Part shown: piece by piece, positions 56,420-63,159 of the stretch
Numbering within the stretch: position 1 is the first letter of the stretch
Layout: every line of letters begins with the position of its first letter
Assembly: GCA_040876925.1 (NCBI GenBank)
Contig: JBBDOS010000004.1
Span: 37,330 to 101,329, forward strand
Direction of reading: 5' to 3'
Source: Candidatus Saccharimonadales bacterium
Lineage (GTDB): Bacteria > Patescibacteriota > Saccharimonadia > QS-5-54-17
DNA: 64,000 nt
The notes under the pieces: model-generated
What the model saw: the letters and a program-made list of their open reading frames with translations, nothing else
Told to the model about the DNA's origin: nothing
Databases searched by the model: none
Made by a program: the position numbers and the translations under genes

Positions 56420-57295
56420 ATGCAAAACAAAAACACAACAAACCAATCTATATACCATCAACCAGTACTGCTACACTCAGTACTGGAGCTTACTAGACCT
56501 CAACAGGGCGATACCTACCTAGATTTAACAGCTGGGTACGGTGGTCACGCTGAAAAGGTTATAGAGGCAATAGGTGGTGAGGCTCAGGCGACATTAGTTG
56601 ACCGTGATCCTTACGCTATAGAGTTCTTACAAAGTAAGTTCGGCTTAGCGAAAGTCATTCATAGTGATTTTCTATCAGCTCTAGACTCTATAGAGTCAGT
56701 GGATTTGGTTTTAGTGGATTTGGGTGTATCGTCACCGCAATTTGACAACGCCAATCGTGGTTTTAGCTTTAAGGAAGAAGCACCACTGGATATGCGGATG
56801 GATCCAGGTCAGTCTTTAACCGCTGCAGAGATAGTTAATAGCTACTCTAAAGAAGATTTAGCTGATTTGATCTACGCTTACGGGGAAGAACATCGTTCTA
56901 GGCAAATAGCTACAGCTATTATCGAATCTAGACCGATTACTACTACTAAGCATCTAGCAGATATAGTAGCTAGATCCTCCAGAGGCAAAAGCCGTATTCA
57001 TCCAGCTACGCTAACTTTTCAAGCTCTGCGTATAGCTGTTAACGATGAGTTAAATCAGCTTAAATCAGCCTTACCACAGATTGAGCAAGTGCTTAATCCC
57101 GGCGGTAGAGTAGCTATCATATCCTTCCATAGTCTGGAAGATAGAATAGTTAAGAACTACTTCCGAGATAGTGACTATCTTGAACCAATTAATAAGAAAG
57201 TGGTACAAGGTAGGGTAGAAGATGTATCAAACCCCAGAGCTCGTAGCGCCAAACTGCGAGTAGCTGTTAAAAATAAAAACAAAAAGGAGGTCTAA
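56420..57295 (+). CDS. rsmH: 16S rRNA (cytosine1402-N4)-methyltransferase RsmH/MraW
   Basis: LDLTAGYGGHAEKV SAM motif, DLGVSSPQFD and FHSLEDRIVK signatures. Confidence 0.92.
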   Translation: MQNKNTTNQSIYHQPVLLHSVLELTRPQQGDTYLDLTAGYGGHAEKVIEAIGGEAQATLVDRDPYAIEFLQSKFGLAKVIHSDFLSALDSIESVDLVLVDLGVSSPQFDNANRGFSFKEEAPLDMRMDPGQSLTAAEIVNSYSKEDLADLIYAYGEEHRSRQIATAIIESRPITTTKHLADIVARSSRGKSRIHPATLTFQALRIAVNDELNQLKSALPQIEQVLNPGGRVAIISFHSLEDRIVKNYFRDSDYLEPINKKVVQGRVEDVSNPRARSAKLRVAVKNKNKKEV

Positions 57296-57296
57296 A

Positions 57297-57380
57297 ATGG
57301 CTATTAAAGTAAAAGCATACGGCAGTAATGTACGTGCCCAGAAGATAGAAGTTAAGGTTCGTCAATTAGTGGCAGCCTAG
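57297..57380 (+). CDS. unannotated 27-aa basic peptide ORF (MAIKVKAYGSNVRAQKIEVKVRQLVAA) with a consensus Shine-Dalgarno
   Basis: AGGAGG at 57285-57290 (inside the last codons of rsmH), 6 nt before ATG 57297. The ORF ends at TAG 57378-57380 and is absent from the supplied track because of its size. Confidence 0.45.
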   Translation: MAIKVKAYGSNVRAQKIEVKVRQLVAA

Positions 57381-57459
57381 ATTTACTATTCTAGATCAGG
57401 GTGGGGGTTTAACAATAAGTATAAGCAAAAACAAAAATTTTAAGGAAATAAAAACAAAG

Positions 57460-57819
57460 ATGTATTACCAACAAACCATGGCTCAAAGCCGCACCAGCAG
57501 AAAGCGATCAGGGAGCGTTCATCGTAACCGCGAACTTAGAAGCTGGAAAGCTACTGCCAATATGGGTCCAGTAACTTCTACGCTATTTCTAGTGGTCATA
57601 GCTTCTGTTTTAGCTCTTTTATACCTAACACAGATAACCAAAACTAGTGTTTATGGTTATCAAATCAACGAGCTCAATACAGAACAAGCTGCTCTGATTG
57701 AAGAACAGCAAGAACTACGTGTAGAAGCCGCCCGGTTGCAGTCAGTTGCACGTATTGAAGGTTCAGAGGTTACTGCTGGGCTAGAGCCAGAGACGAGTGT
57801 CTCTTATGATAGCCGCTAG
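57460..57819 (+). CDS. ftsL: FtsL-like cell-division protein
   Basis: Basic N-terminus, single TM (VTSTLFLVVIASVLALLYL) and a periplasmic coiled-coil. Sits between rsmH and ftsI and overlaps ftsI by 23 nt. Confidence 0.6.
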   Translation: MYYQQTMAQSRTSRKRSGSVHRNRELRSWKATANMGPVTSTLFLVVIASVLALLYLTQITKTSVYGYQINELNTEQAALIEEQQELRVEAARLQSVARIEGSEVTAGLEPETSVSYDSR

Positions 57820-59530
57820 ATTTACTAGAATTAGTATATTAGCCATAGCTTTTGTTGCTATGGCTGCTCTAGTTTTGGGTAGATTAGTCTATTTACAGAT
57901 CATTCAACATGATTATTTCAGTGTTTTAGCGGCGCAGACTCATAGCCGTAAGTTTGAGATAGAACCACAAAGAGGTCAGATATATATACATGATCGTGGT
58001 GAATTAGTACCTATTGCTATGAATCGTAATCTCAATCTGCTTTATGCTGATACTCGCTATATTTATGATACAGAAGCCGCAGTAGACGGCCTCAAACAAG
58101 TGCTAGGAGAGGACTATAGCGACAAATTAGCTACTGCAGATGGTTACGTAGTTTTAGAAGACGAGATTGATTACAATACTGCCCAGGAAATATTATCTCT
58201 AGAAGTTTCGGGTATAGGTCTAAGCGACCAATATAGAAGAGTTTATCCAGAAGGATCATTAGCGGCTCAGGTATTAGGCTTTGTTAACCATGATGGCCAG
58301 GGTCAGTATGGTATAGAAGGAGAGTTTGATGAGCTACTTAAAGGCTCTCCTGGTATGTATGATATTGAGACAGATGCTAACGGCGTACCGATAGCAACTA
58401 GTGATAATATTCAGCTAGAACCTACACATGGTGATGATATTGTCTTAACGATTGATCGCAATATCCAAGCTAAAGTAGAGTCTGTCTTAGAGAGTAGTGT
58501 AGATGATATGGATGCTCGCTCAGGTCATGCAGTAATTATGGATCCAAACAGTGGTCGGATACTAGCTATGGCCAACTATCCAACTTATGACCCCAACAAC
58601 TACACCGAAGTGGATGATTACCACCGCTTTATTAACGTAACTTCCTCGGATCTATTTGAGCCAGGTTCTGGTTTTAAGGTATTCACTATGGCAGCCGGAC
58701 TAGAGGCTGGTGTCGTTGATAAAGATGAGACATTTGATGATAGTAGCGGATTAGTTAGGGTAGCTGATGCTGTAATACGCAATGTCGGCATACCACATAG
58801 TAGCAGTAGGTCTATGACCGATATTATTACCAACTCAGTTAACACTGGAGCTGTTTATGTACTAGAGAAGTTTGGTGGGGGAGAGATTAATGTAGAAGCT
58901 AGAAGAGGGCTGTATAACTACTTTGCGAATAGATTTAGGTTGACAGAAGCTACTGGTATAGAGCAGCCGGCAGAGCCCAATATGTCTATGGTAGATCCAG
59001 ACAGTGTAGGACCGGTTAATTATGCCAATATTGCCTTTGGTCAAGGTATAGCTACTACTATGGTACGCATGGTGGCTTCTATGGCCGGCATTATTAATGG
59101 CGGCGATATCTACAAGCCTTATCTAGTTGATTACCGCTTAGGCAATAATGGGGAGGTTGCAGCTACTGAGCCGGAAATGATGGCAGAGAATATAGTCTCT
59201 CAAGAGACGTCTGAGACCATCAAGGAAATGATGGCCACTGTAGTTACCGATGGGGGAGGTTATACTATCAACTGGGCACTGCCCAATCACACTGTAGCTG
59301 GCAAGACCGGTACGGCAGAAATACCTAGTGCTGATGGCGGGTATTTATCAGGACAATATATCGGCTCATTTATAGGGTTTGCACCGGTAGAGGAGCCCAA
59401 ATATCTAATGATGGTGCGAGTAGATGATCCTAGGACTCCAGGCTATGCTGGTTCGGCAGCAGCAGCACCAATCTTTGCTGAAATTATGGAGTGGTTAGTG
59501 CGTTATGGCGGGGTAGAGCGTGATAGGTAG
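57797..59530 (+). CDS. ftsI: penicillin-binding protein 3 / FtsI (class B transpeptidase, divisome)
   Basis: N-terminal TM. Transpeptidase motifs SGFK (SxxK), SxN region and KTGTAE (KTG). dcw context. Confidence 0.88.
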   Translation: MSLMIAARFTRISILAIAFVAMAALVLGRLVYLQIIQHDYFSVLAAQTHSRKFEIEPQRGQIYIHDRGELVPIAMNRNLNLLYADTRYIYDTEAAVDGLKQVLGEDYSDKLATADGYVVLEDEIDYNTAQEILSLEVSGIGLSDQYRRVYPEGSLAAQVLGFVNHDGQGQYGIEGEFDELLKGSPGMYDIETDANGVPIATSDNIQLEPTHGDDIVLTIDRNIQAKVESVLESSVDDMDARSGHAVIMDPNSGRILAMANYPTYDPNNYTEVDDYHRFINVTSSDLFEPGSGFKVFTMAAGLEAGVVDKDETFDDSSGLVRVADAVIRNVGIPHSSSRSMTDIITNSVNTGAVYVLEKFGGGEINVEARRGLYNYFANRFRLTEATGIEQPAEPNMSMVDPDSVGPVNYANIAFGQGIATTMVRMVASMAGIINGGDIYKPYLVDYRLGNNGEVAATEPEMMAENIVSQETSETIKEMMATVVTDGGGYTINWALPNHTVAGKTGTAEIPSADGGYLSGQYIGSFIGFAPVEEPKYLMMVRVDDPRTPGYAGSAAAAPIFAEIMEWLVRYGGVERDR

Positions 59531-59557
59531 AAGTAAGAGTATTTGCTATTCTTACTT
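59531..59557 (+). terminator. hairpin immediately after the ftsI stop (8-bp stems AAGTAAGA / TCTTACTT, 11-nt loop), then TCAAAATT
   Basis: Inverted repeat seen directly; a weak, AT-rich candidate terminator. Confidence 0.4.
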
Positions 59558-59659
59558 TCAAAATTCGACACACATTAATAGAGGGTAGCATAAGAGTAAC
59601 TAGATATAGTAAGATAGTGATTATAGAGTAAGTATTTATTTAAAAAGAGTAACAAAACT

Positions 59660-60628
59660 ATGGCTGATGAAGTACAACTACGCGGTGGATCAGAATCAGA
59701 GAATGATGCTTTCACTGGCTTAGATCGTGAAGTTACAGTCGATACTACTAATAAGACACTTAGAATACATGATGGTACAACAGCTGGAGGGTCTAAACTA
59801 CCTGCCTATGATGAATGGGGTAGGTTACAAGTAGCTGATCCGGTAAATGATACTGATGCTGCAAGTAAAGGGTATATAGATGATAATACTGCTTCTTTCA
59901 ATACAGGTACTGAAGCAGAGCGTGACGCCGCCGACCCTAAACCTGAATACTGGTGGAATACAGATACTTCAAAGCTAGAGCGATGGAACGGTTCGACGTG
60001 GGACGTGATTGGACCCGCTGGCGGCGTAGACGTGCAGACGTTCGCCGCGTCCGGCACCTGGACCAAGCCCGAAGGTGCGACCGACGCAAGCCTGGTAGTG
60101 GTCGAGCTAGTTGCGGGCGGTGCAGGCGGCAGCACCGACGGAGGAGGCAGCTATTCAGGCGGTGACGGTGGTTCCGCTATTCACGGAACTTTTCGCGCAG
60201 GTGAACTATCGGCTACCGAAAGCGTTACCATTGGAAGCGGCGGAAACGGCGCGGTGACCGGAATAGGTGCGGCCGGTGGGGACACAACGTTTTCCAACCT
60301 GCTACGCGCCTTCGGCGGACTAGGAAACGCTAGCAACGGCGGCGGCGCTGGCGGTGCTGGAGACGGAAGCAAGGGCGGAAATAACTGGCCGAAAGTCAGC
60401 GACGGCGGCGCTGGAAGTTCTATTGGCGGCGGCGGCGGCGGCCGAAATGGCGGCGGCGCGGGCGGCACATCCTACAGCGCAGGTAACGGCGGCGCAGGCA
60501 ACAACGCCGGAAGCGGTGCAGACGACGGATCGATCCCTGGTGGCGGCGGCGGTGGCTCTGACGCAGCTGGCGGCGGTAACGGCGGCGACGGCGCACGCGG
60601 CGAGGTCCGCGTCATCACCTACCTCTAG
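59660..60628 (+). CDS. phage tail-fibre-like protein with glycine-rich C-terminal domain (compositionally chimeric ORF)
   Basis: 322-aa ORF. The N-terminal motif (VQLRGG...FTGLDREVTVDTTNKTLRIHDGTTAGGSKLP, at 59672-59795) resembles the conserved N-terminal box of phage tail fibre / hyaluronidase-like proteins. GC switches from about 40% to 65-70% near 59990. The C-terminal 210 aa are Gly/Ala/Ser/Asn/Asp-rich (GGAGGSTDGGGSYSGGDGGS...GGGGGGRNGGGAGG) and end GEVRVITYL. Confidence 0.65.
   Translation: MADEVQLRGGSESENDAFTGLDREVTVDTTNKTLRIHDGTTAGGSKLPAYDEWGRLQVADPVNDTDAASKGYIDDNTASFNTGTEAERDAADPKPEYWWNTDTSKLERWNGSTWDVIGPAGGVDVQTFAASGTWTKPEGATDASLVVVELVAGGAGGSTDGGGSYSGGDGGSAIHGTFRAGELSATESVTIGSGGNGAVTGIGAAGGDTTFSNLLRAFGGLGNASNGGGAGGAGDGSKGGNNWPKVSDGGAGSSIGGGGGGRNGGGAGGTSYSAGNGGAGNNAGSGADDGSIPGGGGGGSDAAGGGNGGDGARGEVRVITYL
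60425..60442 (+). repeat. (GGC)6 trinucleotide microsatellite within the Gly-rich coding region
   Basis: GGCGGCGGCGGCGGCGGC seen directly; further imperfect GGC/GGT runs lie at 60536-60560. Confidence 0.7.
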
Positions 60629-60794
60629 GAGGCTGACTATAGCACGCGCAGCACTACTGATTAGTAAGTAGCTCGTATTAGTTATATCCTACTTATTTTC
60701 TACCAGTGTACTCAGATGAAACTATAATACTTTAAAACTAATAGGAACTTGATAGATTTTAGATTATTTTAGCTGTTTAAAATAGTTACTTTTA

Positions 60795-60803
60795 TGGTAT
60801 AAT
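60795..60803 (+). promoter_or_regulatory. extended -10 promoter element TGgTATAAT upstream of mraY
   Basis: TG at 60795-60796 and TATAAT at 60798-60803, about 37 nt before the mraY ATG. A weak -35 lies in the A/T-rich region upstream. Confidence 0.5.
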
Positions 60804-60839
60804 TTCACCTGTAACGATATATCTTATAAAATAAAAAAT

Positions 60840-61883
60840 ATGAATAATTTAGAACTTACTCAACTGGAACCGATAATGCTAGATATTACTCTAGCAGCAG
60901 CTATGGCTTTTGCGGTATCTATCTTAATTACACCTATATATACTCATCTAGCCTATAAGTATCAAGCTTGGAAGCGAGTTAAAGATACGGCTATTACCGG
61001 AGAAAAGGCTAAGATATTCCATAAACTACACGCCGAGAAGCATAAACGTAATATTCCTACTATGGCTGGTGTTATTATGATAGCGGCTATTACTTTTGTG
61101 ACCGTATTATTCAACTTTTCTACCGCACAAACCCTACTACCTTTAGCAGCGCTGATTGCTGCTGGCGGAGTGGGCTTAATTGATGACTTTATTAATATCC
61201 GGGCACCTTCTCAAGGGATAGCCGGTATGAGGTCACAGATTAAGTTTACTTTGATATTAATCATTGCTTTATCTATTAGTTGGTGGGCTTATTCTAAGCT
61301 AGGGTATACATCCCTATCGGTACCTTTCTTTGAATCTCTACCTCTAGGCTTGTTTATCATACCCCTATTTACCTTTGTAATAGTGGCTATTGCTAATGCT
61401 GTTAATATCACTGATGGTTTAGATGGTTTGGCTGGTGGATTACTATCAATAGTCTTTGGTGTTTATACTGTTATAGCTTTAATGCAAGGTAACTTCGGTA
61501 TAGCTATTTACTGTGGTACGGTGGTTGGTTCCATGCTAGCTTATACCTGGTTTAATATCTTTCCAGCTAGGTTCTTTATGGGCGATACTGGCTCTTTTGC
61601 TTTGGGTGCATCTTTAGGTGTAGTGGCACTTCTAACAGATACAGTATTATTGCTACCTATTATTGCTGGAATGTTTGTTATAGAGGTCAGTTCATCAAGT
61701 ATTCAAATACTATCCAAGAAATATTTAGGCCGTAAAATATTCATATCAGCCCCTTTACATCACCATTTTGAAGCTAAGGGTTGGCCTGAGACTAAAGTAA
61801 CCATGAGATTTTGGATATTAGGCGCCATGATGGCTATATCGGGCCTAATCATAGCGGTACTAGGTGGTCAACTTCAGTTTTAG
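60840..61883 (+). CDS. mraY: phospho-N-acetylmuramoyl-pentapeptide transferase MraY
   Basis: PTMAGVIMI (PTMGG-like) and NAVNITDGLDGLA aspartate-rich boxes in a 10-TM protein. dcw context. Confidence 0.9.
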   Translation: MNNLELTQLEPIMLDITLAAAMAFAVSILITPIYTHLAYKYQAWKRVKDTAITGEKAKIFHKLHAEKHKRNIPTMAGVIMIAAITFVTVLFNFSTAQTLLPLAALIAAGGVGLIDDFINIRAPSQGIAGMRSQIKFTLILIIALSISWWAYSKLGYTSLSVPFFESLPLGLFIIPLFTFVIVAIANAVNITDGLDGLAGGLLSIVFGVYTVIALMQGNFGIAIYCGTVVGSMLAYTWFNIFPARFFMGDTGSFALGASLGVVALLTDTVLLLPIIAGMFVIEVSSSSIQILSKKYLGRKIFISAPLHHHFEAKGWPETKVTMRFWILGAMMAISGLIIAVLGGQLQF

Positions 61884-61926
61884 ATAGAAGCCATTTTTAT
61901 ACAAGTCCATAAACAAAAACAAATAT

Positions 61927-63159
61927 ATGAGTACAAATAAAAACAAAAGCACCAGGAGATTTACAGAATCTAATAAAGTTCGTCGTCATCGCAGTGACGT
62001 TAGTATTATCCTAATCACTATGGCCCTAGTAGCTTTTGGGTTAATTGTTATATATGCAATTAGTCCAATATTAAGCCATAGAATATCGGGGGATGTAGAT
62101 CGTAACTATTTTGTTTATGGTCAACTTAGGAATATCGGAGTTGCCCTAGTAGCTTTTATATTTGCTAGTAAGATACATTGGCGGAATTGGCAGTATAAGT
62201 TTCTATCTCTGTTAATTATAGCTTCTTCTATATCACTGGCTATGACTTTCGTACCGGGACTAGCTATCACCCAGGGTGGAGCTACTAGATGGGTTGGTAT
62301 AGGCGGGCTTAGCTTTCAGCCGGCAGAGTTAGTCAAGCTGACAGTTCTAGTCGGTTTAGCGGCTTGGTTCGCTAAACTCCAGGCAGCTGATTTTAAAAAC
62401 TACAAGATGACCTTATTGCCGGTAATCATCATCAGTGTTTTGGTAGCTGGCTTTATACTAATTCACCAGCGAGATATGGGTACCATGGTAGTAATTGTCG
62501 GTATTATTATGTCTATATTCTATGCTAGCGGAGTTAGCTTGTATCAATTCGGTGTTTTAATGGCTGCGGGTATAGCCTTCTTCGTGGCTAATATTGTCTT
62601 ATTCCCTCACCGTATGGAAAGGGTTAGAACTTTTTTTGATCCATCATCAAACTTAGCTGAAAGCGGTTATCATTTGCACCAGTCCTTAATAGCGGTAGGA
62701 TCAGGCGGTATGCTTGGCCTTGGTCTGGGTAAAAGTATCCAAGTTTATGGCTATCTACCAGAGGCAGTCAACGACTCTATATTTGCCATCATTGCTGAAA
62801 TGTTTGGCTTCGTCGGGGCTTTGTTTGTCGTTATATTGTTTGGATTGCTAGTATATAGAGTCTTAATTGTGGCCAGAGACGCACCAGATAGCTTCTCACA
62901 GCTTTTTGTGGTAGGAGTAGCAGCCTGGATAGGTATTCAAGCTAGCGTTAATATGATGGCTATGATAGGCATCATTCCTTTAACTGGCATTCCTTTGCCG
63001 TTTGTTAGCTATGGAGGTAGTAGCTTAGTGTTTATGATGATAGCATTAGGTATAGTAGTAAATATATCTCGTTATACTGAAAGGAGTATGGTTAATGCGA
63101 ATAGTACTAGCCGGCGGCGGCAGCGGCGGCCATCTAACACCCGTAGTAGCCGTAGCTAA
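61927..63159 (+). CDS. ftsW: SEDS family cell-division protein FtsW (Arg/Ser-rich C-terminal tail overlapping murG)
   Basis: Polytopic SEDS protein with the conserved C-terminal region (PLPFVSYGGSSLV). Located between mraY and murG. Its last 65 nt overlap the murG start in another frame. Confidence 0.85.
   Translation: MSTNKNKSTRRFTESNKVRRHRSDVSIILITMALVAFGLIVIYAISPILSHRISGDVDRNYFVYGQLRNIGVALVAFIFASKIHWRNWQYKFLSLLIIASSISLAMTFVPGLAITQGGATRWVGIGGLSFQPAELVKLTVLVGLAAWFAKLQAADFKNYKMTLLPVIIISVLVAGFILIHQRDMGTMVVIVGIIMSIFYASGVSLYQFGVLMAAGIAFFVANIVLFPHRMERVRTFFDPSSNLAESGYHLHQSLIAVGSGGMLGLGLGKSIQVYGYLPEAVNDSIFAIIAEMFGFVGALFVVILFGLLVYRVLIVARDAPDSFSQLFVVGVAAWIGIQASVNMMAMIGIIPLTGIPLPFVSYGGSSLVFMMIALGIVVNISRYTERSMVNANSTSRRRQRRPSNTRSSRS

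Noticed and set aside
59660-60640. Diversity-generating retroelement (DGR) target, as an explanation for the tail-fibre-like gene.
   Set aside because: No reverse transcriptase gene and no template-repeat/variable-repeat pair (a near-identical 100-150 bp duplicate) is visible in the window.
59990-60640. Assembly chimera or contaminant read as the explanation for the 65-70% GC segment (and likewise for the 54% GC island at 32140-33900).
   Set aside because: Both segments are flanked on each side by native-composition sequence, with continuous in-frame ORFs and intact downstream genes (mraY; the LPxTG locus). That is hard to obtain from a mis-join. Read-level verification is still recommended.
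59806-60671. Pro-rich, Ala-rich and Arg-rich ORFs on both strands of the GC-rich segment (59806-60135(-), 59953-60165(+), 60181-60468(-), 60354-60671(+)). Similar shadows lie in the island (32849-33076(-), 33514-33873(+), 33620-33817(-)) and over the PE repeats (36049-36366(-), 36502-36729(-)).
   Set aside because: These are alternative-frame artefacts of GGC/GCC-rich or GAN-CCN repeat DNA. The Gly-rich + strand frame carries the N-terminal domain, start and RBS context.
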